A stretch of DNA of 40,766 bases from Actinomycetes bacterium (GTDB taxonomy: Bacteria > Actinomycetota > Actinomycetes > Propionibacteriales > Nocardioidaceae), in contig JAEZKN010000152.1 of the NCBI GenBank assembly GCA_023415395.1, positions 1-40,766 of the forward strand. The letters run 5' to 3'. Shown one piece after another: positions 29,146-38,278 of the stretch. The notes under the pieces were generated by a model. The model made no database searches, was not told where the DNA came from, and was given only the letters and a program-made list of their open reading frames with translations. Numbering within the stretch: the stretch's first letter is position 1; each line of letters starts with the position of its first letter. The position numbers were made by a program, and so were the translations under genes.

Positions 29146-29943
29146 CTAGGCCTGCTGCGAGCTCACGGCAACGACCTCGCCGGTCATGTACGACGCGTAG
29201 TCGCTGGCGAGGAAGACCATCACGTTCGCGACCTCCCACGGCTCGGCGGCCCGCTTGAACGCCTCGCGGTCCGTCAGCTCGGCCAGCAGGTCGTCGGAGG
29301 TGACCTTGGCGAGGAACGGGTGCATGGCCAGGCTCGGGGACACCGCGTTCACGCGGATCCCGTGCGGCGCCAGGTCGAGCGCCGAGCAGCGGGTCAGCGC
29401 CATCACGCCGGCCTTCGCCGCGGCGTAGTGCGCCTGCCCCTCCTGGGCCCGCCAGCCGATCACCGAGGCGTTGTTCACGATCACGCCGCGCGTGCCGGCC
29501 GCCACCATCCGCGCGCCGGCGGCGCGGACGCAGCGGAAGGTGCCCGTGAGCGTGATGTCGAGGACCCGGGACCACTCCTCGTCGGTCATCTCCAGGATGT
29601 TCGCGGTGCCCCCGAGACCGGCGTTGTTGACCATGACGTCGACCCCGCCGAGCTCCTCGGCCGCGTCGAGGAGGGCGGCCACCTGCGCCTCGTCGGTGAC
29701 GTCGCAGACCAGCGACCGCACCCGGTCGGCGCCGAACTCCTCCCCCAGCGCGGCCTCGGCCTCGGCGAGCCGCCGCTCGTGGGTGTCGCTGAACACCACC
29801 GCCTGCGCGCCCTCCTCGAGCGCGCGGCGTAGGACGGCGGCGCCGATGCCCGCGCCGGCGGCGGCCGTCACGACGACGACCTTGCCGTGGAGGAGGTCGT
29901 GTCCGGGGACGTACTCGGGAGCCGCCAAGGGAGAACCGGTCAT
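29146..29943 (-). CDS. ipdF: SDR IpdF (Rv3559c-like)
   Basis: VVVTAAAGAGIG, SD.HERRL, NNASVIGWRAQ.GQAHYAAAK, C-terminal VSSQ. Confidence 0.9.
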   Translation of the reverse strand: MTGSPLAAPEYVPGHDLLHGKVVVVTAAAGAGIGAAVLRRALEEGAQAVVFSDTHERRLAEAEAALGEEFGADRVRSLVCDVTDEAQVAALLDAAEELGGVDVMVNNAGLGGTANILEMTDEEWSRVLDITLTGTFRCVRAAGARMVAAGTRGVIVNNASVIGWRAQEGQAHYAAAKAGVMALTRCSALDLAPHGIRVNAVSPSLAMHPFLAKVTSDDLLAELTDREAFKRAAEPWEVANVMVFLASDYASYMTGEVVAVSSQQA

Positions 29944-31118
29944 CCGCGTGCCTCTCGGGGTAGGCCGAGCACCCGCTCGGCGAGGATGTTGCGCTGGACC
30001 TCGTCGCTGCCGCCGTAGATCGTGTCGGCACGCGAGAAGAGGAAGAGCCGCTGCCAGCGGTCGAGCTCGTACGGCGCACCGGCGGTGAGCCCGGCCGCGC
30101 CGGCGACGTCCATGGCGGCCTCGCCGAGCCGGCGGTGCCAGTTGGCCCACACCAGCTTGAAGACCGAGGGGCCGGCCGCCTTGTCCCGCTGGTCGTCCGA
30201 CGAGAGACCGCGCAGCGCCTGGAAGCGCATCACGTCGAGCTCCACCCGCAGCCGCGCCAGCCGGTCGCGCAGCACCGGGTCGTCGATCGTGCCGTTGCTC
30301 CTCGCCAGGTCCACGACCCCGGCCAGCTCCCGGGCGAAGCCGACCACCTGGGCGAGCACCGAGACGCCGCGCTCGAAGCCGAGCAGCGCCATCGCGACCT
30401 GCCAGCCCTGACCGGGCTCGCCCACGACCAGGTCGGCCTCCGTGCGGGCGCCGGTGAAGAAGACCTCGTTGAACTCCGAGCCGCCGGTGAGCTGCTCGAT
30501 CGGGCGGACCTCGACACCCTCCTGGTCCAGCGGCACGAGGAGGAAGGAGAGCCCTCGGTGCCGCTCGGAGCCGGGCTCGGTGCGGCAGAGCACGAAGGCC
30601 CACTGGCTCAGGTGCGCGTTGGAGGTCCAGACCTTCTGCCCGTCGACCACCCACTCGCCCCCGTCGAGTCGCGCCCGCGTCTGCACGTTGGCCAGGTCGG
30701 ACCCGGCGCCCGGCTCGGAGTAGCCCTGCGCCCACAGCTCCTCGACCGCGACGATCCTCGGCAGGAAGCGCGCCTGCTGCTCCGGGGTGCCGTAGGCCAT
30801 CAGCGTCGGGCCGAGCAGCTCCTCACCGAGGTGGTTGACGCGCACGGGCGCGTCGGCCCGGGCGTACTCCTCGTGGAAGATCACCTGCTGGAAGAGGCTC
30901 AGCCCCCGCCCCCCGTGCTCCGCCGGCCACCCGACGCAGGTCCAGCCGTGCTCGGCGAGCAGCCGGTTCCACGCCACCCGCTCGTCGTGGGCCTCGTGGT
31001 CGCGCCCGGCCCCGCCGAGCCCGCGCAGGGCGGCCCACTCGCCGGTCAGGTGCTCCTCGAGCCAGCCCCGCACCTCGGCGCGGAAGGCCTGGTCCTCCTC
31101 GGAGTAGGTCAGGTCCAC
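29940..31118 (-). CDS. fadE30: Acyl-CoA dehydrogenase FadE30 (IpdE1)
   Basis: GTG start; GLGGAGRDHEA, WAQGYSEPGAGSDLA, LFSRADTIYGGSDEVQRN. Confidence 0.9.
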   Translation of the reverse strand: MDLTYSEEDQAFRAEVRGWLEEHLTGEWAALRGLGGAGRDHEAHDERVAWNRLLAEHGWTCVGWPAEHGGRGLSLFQQVIFHEEYARADAPVRVNHLGEELLGPTLMAYGTPEQQARFLPRIVAVEELWAQGYSEPGAGSDLANVQTRARLDGGEWVVDGQKVWTSNAHLSQWAFVLCRTEPGSERHRGLSFLLVPLDQEGVEVRPIEQLTGGSEFNEVFFTGARTEADLVVGEPGQGWQVAMALLGFERGVSVLAQVVGFARELAGVVDLARSNGTIDDPVLRDRLARLRVELDVMRFQALRGLSSDDQRDKAAGPSVFKLVWANWHRRLGEAAMDVAGAAGLTAGAPYELDRWQRLFLFSRADTIYGGSDEVQRNILAERVLGLPREARG

Positions 31119-31130
31119 GGGTGCTACGCT

Positions 31131-31148
31131 ACCAAGCAAATGCTTGGT
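31131..31148. promoter_or_regulatory. KstR2 operator overlapping the fadD3 start codon
   Basis: ACCAAGCA-AA-TGCTTGGT, perfect 8-2-8 palindrome between the divergent fadE30 and fadD3 genes. Confidence 0.88.
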
Positions 31149-32624
31149 ACGGACACACTGCCCGCCCTGCTCCGCGACGCCGCGGAGCGTTTCGGCGACC
31201 ACCCGGCCTACGTCGAGGGCCCCCGGACGGTCTCCTACGCCGAGCTGCTGCACCTGGTCGAGGCCACCAGCAGGGTCTACGTCGACAACGGGGCGGGCCG
31301 CGGCGACCGGGTCGTCCTCTGGGGCCCCAACAGCATCGACTGGGCCGTGGCCGCGCTCGCCGTGACGTACGCCGGCGGCGCGCTCGTGCCGGTCAACTCG
31401 CGCTACGTGGGCGCCGAGGTCGCCGACGTCGTCGGGCGCACCGACGCCGCGCTGGTCGTCGTGCACGACGGGTTCCTGGGGCGGGACCAGGTCGGCGAGC
31501 TGCACGCGGCCGGCGTCGACGACGGCCGGGTCGTCACGCTGGACGGGCTCATGGCACGCGCCGCGACCGCCGAGGGCCTCCAGCACGAGGACGACGTCAC
31601 TCCCGACGACGTGGCCGACATCCTCTTCACCTCCGGCACCACCGGCCGCTCCAAGGGTGCGATGAGCGCGCACCGCCAGACGATCGGCGTCGCGCGTGCC
31701 TGGGCCGAGCTCGGCGGCGTGCGGCGCGACGACCGCTACCTCGTGGTCAACCCGTTCTTCCACTCCTTCGGCTACAAGATCGGCATCGTCGTCGGGCTGC
31801 TCACCGGGGCCACGCTCTACCCCGTCGCGACCTTCGACGCCGACGAGACCATGCGGCTGATCGAGACCGAGCAGATCACCGTGCTGCCGGGCGCGCCGAC
31901 GATCTACCAGTCGCTCCTGGCGGCCCCCGGCCGGACCGACCGCGACCTCTCCTCGCTCCGCCTCGCGGTGACCGGCGCCGCCGTCGTCCCCGTCGTCCTC
32001 ATCGAGCGGATGCGTGAGGAGCTCGGGATCGACCAGGTCGTGACGGCGTTCGGCATGACCGAGGCGGTCGTCGTCACCATGTGCCGCGCGGGCGACCCGG
32101 CGGAGCTGGTCGCGACCACGTGCGGCCGCGCGATCCCCGGCATGGAGACGCGCATCGCCGCTCCCTCCGGCTCGGGCCCGGGCGAGCTGCTGGTCCGCGG
32201 CGACTACGTCATGCTCGGCTACCTGGACGACCCGCAGGCGACCGCCGACGCGATCGACGCCGACGGCTGGCTGCACACCGGCGACGTCGGCGTGCTCGAC
32301 CAGGACGGCAACCTCACGATCACCGACCGGCTCAAGGACATGTACATCTCCGGCGGCTTCAACGTCTATCCCGCCGAGGTCGAGCAGGCCCTGGCCCGGA
32401 TGGACGGCGTCGCGGACGTCGCGGTCGTCGGCGTCCCCGACGAGCGGATGGGCGAGGTCGGCAAGGCCTACGTCGTCGGCTCGACGACGCCCGAGGAGGT
32501 GGTCGCCTTCGCCCGGGAGCGGCTGGCCAACTTCAAGGTGCCCCGGCACGTCGAGGTCGTCGCCGCCCTGCCGCGCAACCTGTCCGGCAAGGTGCTGAAG
32601 AGGGAGCTTCGCGATGGATCTTGA
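31140..32624 (+). CDS. fadD3: HIP-CoA ligase FadD3
   Basis: [45 protein letters not shown]; synteny. Confidence 0.88.
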   Translation: MLGTDTLPALLRDAAERFGDHPAYVEGPRTVSYAELLHLVEATSRVYVDNGAGRGDRVVLWGPNSIDWAVAALAVTYAGGALVPVNSRYVGAEVADVVGRTDAALVVVHDGFLGRDQVGELHAAGVDDGRVVTLDGLMARAATAEGLQHEDDVTPDDVADILFTSGTTGRSKGAMSAHRQTIGVARAWAELGGVRRDDRYLVVNPFFHSFGYKIGIVVGLLTGATLYPVATFDADETMRLIETEQITVLPGAPTIYQSLLAAPGRTDRDLSSLRLAVTGAAVVPVVLIERMREELGIDQVVTAFGMTEAVVVTMCRAGDPAELVATTCGRAIPGMETRIAAPSGSGPGELLVRGDYVMLGYLDDPQATADAIDADGWLHTGDVGVLDQDGNLTITDRLKDMYISGGFNVYPAEVEQALARMDGVADVAVVGVPDERMGEVGKAYVVGSTTPEEVVAFARERLANFKVPRHVEVVAALPRNLSGKVLKRELRDGS

Positions 32625-33792
32625 GCTGTCCGACTCCGAGCGCGCGTTCCAGGCCGAGGCGCGCGAGTGGCTGGCCGCCCACGTGCCGAGCGAGCCGCTG
32701 CCCTCGATGGACACCGCCGAGGGCTTCGTGGCCCACCAGGAGTGGGAGCGCCGGCTCGCCGACGCCCGCTGGTCGGTGGTCTCCTGGCCCGAGGAGTACC
32801 ACGGTCGCGGAGCCTCGCTGGTGGAGTGGGTCGTCTTCGAGGAGGAGTACTACCGGGCCGGCGCGCCCGGCCGGGTCTCCCAGAACGGCATCTTCCTGCT
32901 CTCCCCGATCCTCTTCGACCACGGCACCCAGGACCAGCAGGACCGCTTCCTGCCGTCGATGGCGACCGGTGAGCAGGTCTGGGCGCAGTGCTGGTCCGAG
33001 CCGGAGGCCGGATCCGACCTCGCCTCGCTGCGATCCACGGCGACGCGGGACGACGGCCGGGGTGGCTGGGTCCTCAACGGGCAGAAGACCTGGTCCTCCC
33101 GCGCCGCCTTCGCCCACTGGGGCTTCGGGCTCTTCCGCTCCGACCCGGAGGCGCAGCGGCACGCCGGCCTCACCTACTTCCTCTTCCCCCTCGACGCCCA
33201 CGGCGTCACGGTGCGCCCGATCGCCCAGCTCGACGGCGAGGCGGGCTTCGCCGAGGTGTTCTTCGAGGACGTCTTCGTCCCCGACCGCGACGTGCTCGGC
33301 GCACCGGGCGACGGCTGGCGCGTCGCCATGTCGACCGCGGGCAACGAGCGCGGGCTGTCGCTGCGCTCCCCCGGCCGGTTCTGTGCCGCCGCCGACCGGC
33401 TGCTCGACCTCTACCGTGAGCGGGGTGGTCTCGAGACAGGCGCCGGGGCGCCTTCCTCAACCACCGTGGGCGACCGCGTCGTCGATGCGTGGATCCGGGC
33501 GCAGGCCTACCGGCTGTACACGTGGGGCACGGTCACCCGGCTGGCCCGCGGCGGCGACATGGGCGCGGCCGGGTCGGTCAACAAGGTCTTCTGGTCCGAG
33601 CTCGACGTCGCCCTGCACGAGACCGCGCTCGACCTGCTCGGTGCCGAGGCGGAGGTCGAGTCCCGGTGGCTCGACGGTTACACGTTCTCGCTGTCGGGCC
33701 CGATCTACGCCGGCACCAACGAGATCCAGCGCAACATCGTGGCCGAGCGCATCCTCGGCCTGCCGCGGGAGCCGAAGGGAGCCGCCCGATGA
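32614..33792 (+). CDS. fadE31: Acyl-CoA dehydrogenase FadE31
   Basis: LPSMDTAEGF, GRVSQNGIFLL, WSEPEAGSDLA, NERGLSLRSPGRF, GPIYAGTNEIQRN. Confidence 0.9.
   Translation: MDLELSDSERAFQAEAREWLAAHVPSEPLPSMDTAEGFVAHQEWERRLADARWSVVSWPEEYHGRGASLVEWVVFEEEYYRAGAPGRVSQNGIFLLSPILFDHGTQDQQDRFLPSMATGEQVWAQCWSEPEAGSDLASLRSTATRDDGRGGWVLNGQKTWSSRAAFAHWGFGLFRSDPEAQRHAGLTYFLFPLDAHGVTVRPIAQLDGEAGFAEVFFEDVFVPDRDVLGAPGDGWRVAMSTAGNERGLSLRSPGRFCAAADRLLDLYRERGGLETGAGAPSSTTVGDRVVDAWIRAQAYRLYTWGTVTRLARGGDMGAAGSVNKVFWSELDVALHETALDLLGAEAEVESRWLDGYTFSLSGPIYAGTNEIQRNIVAERILGLPREPKGAAR
33424..33465 (+). repeat. Second 42-bp REP-like hairpin, in frame within fadE31
   Basis: GGTGGTCTCGAGACAGGCGCCGGGGCGCCTTCCTCAACCACC, 38/42 identical to 8244-8285. 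Confidence 0.9.
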
Positions 33793-34634
33793 GGTTCGAG
33801 CTCGACGGCGACCAGCAGGACTTCGTGGCCGCCCTGGACTCGCTGCTGGCCGCGGCCGGCAGGGGGGCGGGCGCCGGGGCCTGGGCCGAGGGCGACCACG
33901 AGCCGGGCCTGAAGCTCTGGAGCCGGCTGGCCGAGATGGGCGTCACCGCCCTGGCCGACGAGCCGGTCTTCCTCGCCCTGGCCTTCGAACGGCTCGGCTT
34001 CCACGCCGTGCCCGGGCCCTGGGTCGAGTCGGTCGCCTACCTCGGCCGCGAGGCGGGCATCGCCACCGTCGCGCTGCCCCCGCACGTGCCCTTCGCCCTC
34101 GACGCCGACGTCGCCGACGAGGTGTACGTCGGGGACACGCCGGCCACGGCGGTCGGCGAGCGGCACGGGTCGGTCGACCGCACCCGCCACCTCTTCGACG
34201 TCGAGGGGGACGGCGCCGTCGACCCGGCCGCCTTCGACCGGGCCGTCCTGGCGACCGCCGCGCAGCTGCTGGGCGCGGGCGAGCGGATCCTGGCGGACTC
34301 GGTGGCCTACGTGAAGCAGCGCAGGCAGTTCGGCCGGGAGATCGGGTCCTACCAGGCGATCAAGCACGCGCTGGCCGACGTGCGGATCGCCCTCGACTTC
34401 GCCCGCCCGCTCGTCCTCGGCGCCGCGCTCGGTGAGGTGCCGTCCTCGGCCGCGAAGGTGGCGGCCGGCGACGCGGCGTACCTCGCCTCGCGCACCGGTC
34501 TCCAGGTGCACGGCGCGATCGGCTACACCCAGGAGCTCGACCTCAGTCTCTGGCTCACCAAGGTCCGTGCGCTCGTGACGGCGTGGGGCACGCCGGCCCA
34601 CCACCGCGCCCGGGTCCTGGAAGGGCTGCTCTGA
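33789..34634 (+). CDS. fadE32: Acyl-CoA dehydrogenase subunit FadE32
   Basis: ATGA overlap; KQRRQFGREIGSYQAIKHALAD, LQVHGAIGYTQELDL. Confidence 0.85.
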   Translation: MRFELDGDQQDFVAALDSLLAAAGRGAGAGAWAEGDHEPGLKLWSRLAEMGVTALADEPVFLALAFERLGFHAVPGPWVESVAYLGREAGIATVALPPHVPFALDADVADEVYVGDTPATAVGERHGSVDRTRHLFDVEGDGAVDPAAFDRAVLATAAQLLGAGERILADSVAYVKQRRQFGREIGSYQAIKHALADVRIALDFARPLVLGAALGEVPSSAAKVAAGDAAYLASRTGLQVHGAIGYTQELDLSLWLTKVRALVTAWGTPAHHRARVLEGLL

Positions 34635-35587
34635 TGGAGTTCGCGCTCTCGGAGGAGCAGCACGAGCTCGCGGCCACCGTCCGCGCCCTGCTGGCCAAGC
34701 GGGCCGACCCCCGCGTCGAGCGGTACGACGAGGAGCTGTGGTCGACGCTCTGCGAGCAGATCGGTGTCGCGGCCCTGGCGGTGCCCGAGGAGCGCGGCGG
34801 CTTCGGCGCGTCGCTCTTCGAGACCGCGGTCGTGCTGGAGGAGCTCGGCCGCTCGCTCGCACCGACGCCGCTGCTCTCCTCCCTGGTCACGGCCGAGGCC
34901 CTGCTGGCCGGCGGCGACGACGCCGCGCAGGCGCGGCTCCTCCCGCGGGTCGCGGCCGGTGAGGTCGCCGCCTTCGTCGACGGCGACGGACCCGTGCTCG
35001 ACGGCGACCTCGCCGCGATCGTCGTGCTCGCGGACGACGACGGCCTGTGGGAGGTCACCGGCGCCGAGGCGACCTGGGGGCCGTCGATGGACCCGACGAT
35101 CCGCCTGGCCGAGGTCGCCGGGGGTCAGCGCACCCGGATCGGCGACGGACCCCGGGCGCGGGAGCGCGCCCGGCTGGCGGGGGCCGTGGGATGTGCGGCC
35201 CTCGCGGCCGGCCTCGCGGCGCGCGCGCTGGAGATGACCGTGGGCTACTCCCGCGAGCGGGTGCAGTTCGGGCGGCCGATCGGCTCCTTCCAGGCGCTCA
35301 AGCACCGGATGGCCGACATGCTCGTGCTGGCCGAGATGTCGCGGTCGGCGTCCTGGGCCGCGTCGAACGCCGTCGCGGCGGGTGCCGACGACGCCGAGCA
35401 CCTCGCCCACGTCGCCACGTCCTACTGCTGCGAGGCGGCGGCCACGATCGCCGGGGAGACCATCCAGCTCCACGGCGGCATCGCGATCACCTGGGAGCAC
35501 GACGCGCACCTGGTCCTCAAGCGCGCCCACGCCCTGGGGCAGCTCTTCGGCACGCCGCGCGAGCACCGGGCCGCGCTGGTCCTCTGA
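34634..35587 (+). CDS. fadE33: Acyl-CoA dehydrogenase subunit FadE33 (IpdE2)
   Basis: TGATG coupling; YDEELW..LCEQIG, RVQFGRPIGSFQALKHRMAD, IQLHGGIAITWEH. Confidence 0.87.
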   Translation: MEFALSEEQHELAATVRALLAKRADPRVERYDEELWSTLCEQIGVAALAVPEERGGFGASLFETAVVLEELGRSLAPTPLLSSLVTAEALLAGGDDAAQARLLPRVAAGEVAAFVDGDGPVLDGDLAAIVVLADDDGLWEVTGAEATWGPSMDPTIRLAEVAGGQRTRIGDGPRARERARLAGAVGCAALAAGLAARALEMTVGYSRERVQFGRPIGSFQALKHRMADMLVLAEMSRSASWAASNAVAAGADDAEHLAHVATSYCCEAAATIAGETIQLHGGIAITWEHDAHLVLKRAHALGQLFGTPREHRAALVL

Positions 35588-35686
35588 CGCACCCGTCGAC
35601 CCGTGCTCCGGGCCTGTTGCCACCGCCTCGGACCTCGAGGTGGACCGCCTGCCCTCGCGCTGGCAGAGCCCTTGTAAAGTTGGCAT

Positions 35687-35791
35687 GTGGACGCCAACGA
35701 GACCCTCGAGACCCCGACCGAGACGACCGCCGACGACACCACCGAGGACTGGCCCGCCTCCACGGCCAACCAGTCCCGCACCCGGATCTGA
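35687..35791 (+). CDS. Putative 34-aa acidic small protein (not in the ORF track)
   Basis: MDANETLETPTETTADDTTEDWPASTANQSRTRI; every sense codon ends in G/C; -10 TAAAGT 6 nt before the GTG. Confidence 0.65.
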   Translation: MDANETLETPTETTADDTTEDWPASTANQSRTRI

Positions 35792-35826
35792 ATCCGGTTC
35801 GCGACCCCGGCGGCGCCGGGAGCCGG

Positions 35827-36468
35827 TCAGCGCGGGTCGGTGCTGCGGTACTCCCCGCGGTAGAACAGCAGCGGCTCCTCGTCGCTGCTCGTGACCAGGT
35901 CCAGCACCCGCCCGACCACCAGGTAGTGGTCGCCCGCCTCGTGCACGGCGTGGATCGCGCAGTCGACCTGGGCGAGCGCCCCGTCGAGCACCGGTGAGCC
36001 CGTCTCCCGCGAGGGCGTCCACGTCACGTCGGCGAACTTGTCGACCCCCCGGCTGGCCATCGTGTTGGACAGCCCGGCCTGGTCGGCGGCCAGGAAGTTC
36101 ACGCAGAACTTGCCCGAGCGCTGGATCAGCGGCCACGCCCGCGACGTCTTCGCCGGGATGAACACCACCAGCGGCGGCTCCAGCGACACGCTGGAGAAGG
36201 ACTGGCAGGTCATGCCGACCGGCTCGCCGCCCGAGATGCCGGTCACGACCGTGACGCCCGAGGCGAAGCGCCCCAGCACGTCGCGGAAGAGCCGCGCGGC
36301 GGCGACGTGGTCCGGGTCGTCGTGGACCGCGACGTCCTCACCGGGACGCAGCTCGAAGTCCACGTCCTGGTCGCCCAGCCACGAGTAGATCAGCTCCGGG
36401 CTCGGCCAGGTCTCCCGCGCGTCCGGGTTCATGCCCTCCGGGATGTCCTGGCTGGGTTCCGAGCTCAT
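35827..36468 (-). CDS. hsaB: Flavin reductase HsaB with an N-terminal extension
   Basis: FRDVLGRFASGVTVVT, GMTCQSFSSVSLEPPLV, EAGDH, PLLFYRG; last gene of hsaADCB. Confidence 0.87.
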   Translation of the reverse strand: MSSEPSQDIPEGMNPDARETWPSPELIYSWLGDQDVDFELRPGEDVAVHDDPDHVAAARLFRDVLGRFASGVTVVTGISGGEPVGMTCQSFSSVSLEPPLVVFIPAKTSRAWPLIQRSGKFCVNFLAADQAGLSNTMASRGVDKFADVTWTPSRETGSPVLDGALAQVDCAIHAVHEAGDHYLVVGRVLDLVTSSDEEPLLFYRGEYRSTDPR

Positions 36469-36481
36469 GCGATCGATCGTC

Positions 36482-37384
36482 TCACTGGGCGGCGACGCCG
36501 AAGTCGTGGCCCCAGTAGGACACCGCCGTCGACTCCCGGGCCACCCAGCGCTGGTCGTCGACCGTGAGCCCGTCGGTGCCGAACTCCACGTCGAAGCCGC
36601 CGGGCGACTTCACGTAGAACGAGATCATCTCGTCGTTCATGTGGCGCCCCAGCGTCGCCGACAGCGGCGCGCCGTGCTTGCGCACCCGCTCGAGCGCACG
36701 GCCCACGTGGTCGAGCTCGTCGACCTCGAGCATGATGTGCACGCACTTGGCGGGGTTGGGCATCGGCAGGAAGGCCAGCGAGTGGTGCCGCGGGTTCACC
36801 CCGAGGAACCGCAGCCACACCTTCGACCCCGGCTCCTTGCCGACGAACTCCCCTGGCATGCTCATCGAGTCGCGCAGCCGGAAGCCGAGCACGTCGGTGT
36901 AGAACCGCAGCGCCTCGACGTCGTCGAGCACCGGCAGCACGATGTGGCCCATGCCCTGGTCGCCGGTGACGAACGTCGCGGCGTACGGCGTCACGACCGG
37001 CCGCGACTCGTAGGTGATGCCGTGGTAAAGCTCGAAGACGTTGTCGAAGGGGTCGCTGAAGCGCACCAGCTCCTGCACGCGGCGCTCGTCGAGCTCCTCG
37101 CGGGTGCCCTCCTCGAACTCCACGCCGGCCTTCTGGAGGTGCTCACGCGCCTCCTGCAGGGCTCGGTGGTCGGCGAGCTCCCAGCCGACGCACGCGAGCT
37201 GGTCGACGTCGGAGGGGAAGACGACGAGACGCGCCGAGACCTCGTCGATGCGCCAGTACTGGTGCTCCGGGTTCGGCCCACGGCCCTTGGCGAGCCCGAG
37301 CACCTTGGCCGCGAACGTCTCCCACTGCGACAGGTCGGTGCTCGCCACGCGGACGTAGCCCATGCTCTTGATGTCGATCGTCAC
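36482..37384 (-). CDS. hsaC: 3,4-DHSA extradiol dioxygenase HsaC
   Basis: IKSMGYV, GDQGMGHIVL, NPRHHSLAF, HIMLEV, LGRHMND, VEFG, VSYWGHDF. Confidence 0.93.
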   Translation of the reverse strand: MTIDIKSMGYVRVASTDLSQWETFAAKVLGLAKGRGPNPEHQYWRIDEVSARLVVFPSDVDQLACVGWELADHRALQEAREHLQKAGVEFEEGTREELDERRVQELVRFSDPFDNVFELYHGITYESRPVVTPYAATFVTGDQGMGHIVLPVLDDVEALRFYTDVLGFRLRDSMSMPGEFVGKEPGSKVWLRFLGVNPRHHSLAFLPMPNPAKCVHIMLEVDELDHVGRALERVRKHGAPLSATLGRHMNDEMISFYVKSPGGFDVEFGTDGLTVDDQRWVARESTAVSYWGHDFGVAAQ

Positions 37385-38277
37385 GAACGACTCCTTTCGA
37401 CATGCCGAGCGAGGAACGCGGTCGAGACCTCGGCGAACTCGTCCGCCGCCTCGATCTGCGCCCAGTGCCCGCAGTTGGGGAAGACATGCAGCTGCGCCTT
37501 CGGGATCAGCTTGAGCGCGACCAGGGCGCCGTCGAGCGGGTTGACCCGGTCCTCGCGTCCCCAGGTCAGCAGCGTGTGCTTGCGCAGCCGGTGGGCCTCG
37601 CGCCAGAGCATGCCGTCCTCCGCGGTCTCGGGGTTCCAGAACGACATGCCCATCGAGCGCATCGCCTCCTGGGCGCCCGGTGCGGTCGCGTCGGCGAAGC
37701 GCTCCTCGATCAGCTCGTCGGTGACGAGGTCCTGGTTGACGACCATCGTGGAGATGAACGCCCGCAACGCCTCGCGCGAGGGGTCGGCGCCGAAGTCCAT
37801 GAGCCGCTTGACGCCCTCGGTCGGGTCGGCGTGGAAGAGGTTGAGCGAGAGCCCGCCCGGGCCCATGAGGACCAGCCGGCCGACGCGATCGGGGTGGCTG
37901 AGCGCCAGCCGCATCGCCGTACCCCCGCCGAGGCTGTTGCCCAGCAGGTGCACCCGGTCGATGCCGAGCTCGTCGAGCAGCGCCACCACGTGGTCGGCCG
38001 CGTGCCGGTAGTAGTTGCCCACGACCGGCGGCTTGTCGGAGACGCCGAAGCCCGGCTGGTCCACGAGCAGGGTCCGGAACGACGCGGCGAACCTCGGCAG
38101 CGCACTGCCGAAGTTCGACCACGCCGATGCCCCCGGCCCACCGCCGTGCAGCATGACGAGCGGCAGGCCGCCGCCCACGCCGGTCGCCTCACCCGCCTCG
38201 TAGTAGGTGAGGGTGATGTCCTTGGCCTTGGCGGAGCGCTGGACGCTCTCCTTGGTGAAACCCGCCTGGTTGGACAC
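37381..38277 (-). CDS. hsaD: 4,9-DSHA hydrolase HsaD
   Basis: LHGGGPGASAWSNF, GNSLGG nucleophile, WGREDRVNPLDGA, CGHWAQ. Confidence 0.93.
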   Translation of the reverse strand: MSNQAGFTKESVQRSAKAKDITLTYYEAGEATGVGGGLPLVMLHGGGPGASAWSNFGSALPRFAASFRTLLVDQPGFGVSDKPPVVGNYYRHAADHVVALLDELGIDRVHLLGNSLGGGTAMRLALSHPDRVGRLVLMGPGGLSLNLFHADPTEGVKRLMDFGADPSREALRAFISTMVVNQDLVTDELIEERFADATAPGAQEAMRSMGMSFWNPETAEDGMLWREAHRLRKHTLLTWGREDRVNPLDGALVALKLIPKAQLHVFPNCGHWAQIEAADEFAEVSTAFLARHVERSRS

Positions 38278-38278
38278 C

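Noticed and set aside
29940..32714. Very long ORF-track entries (924, 829, 784, 712, 706 aa and others) as fusion or overlapping genes
   Set aside because: They are stop-poor shadow frames or upstream extensions of real genes in high-GC DNA, Arg/Pro/Gly-rich and without motifs; true starts are supported by RBS, -10 boxes or stop/start overlaps
33858..33881. Gly-rich GRGAGAGA segment in FadE32 as a novel insertion
   Set aside because: It looks like a run of single-base changes toward G in a normally D-T-V-A-V-A-R-like helix, typical of low-coverage base-calling error; read inspection is needed
35649..35667. CTGCC-N8-GGCAG palindrome as a second PopR site
   Set aside because: The spacing differs from the N3 site, there is only one good half-site, and it is too close to the -10
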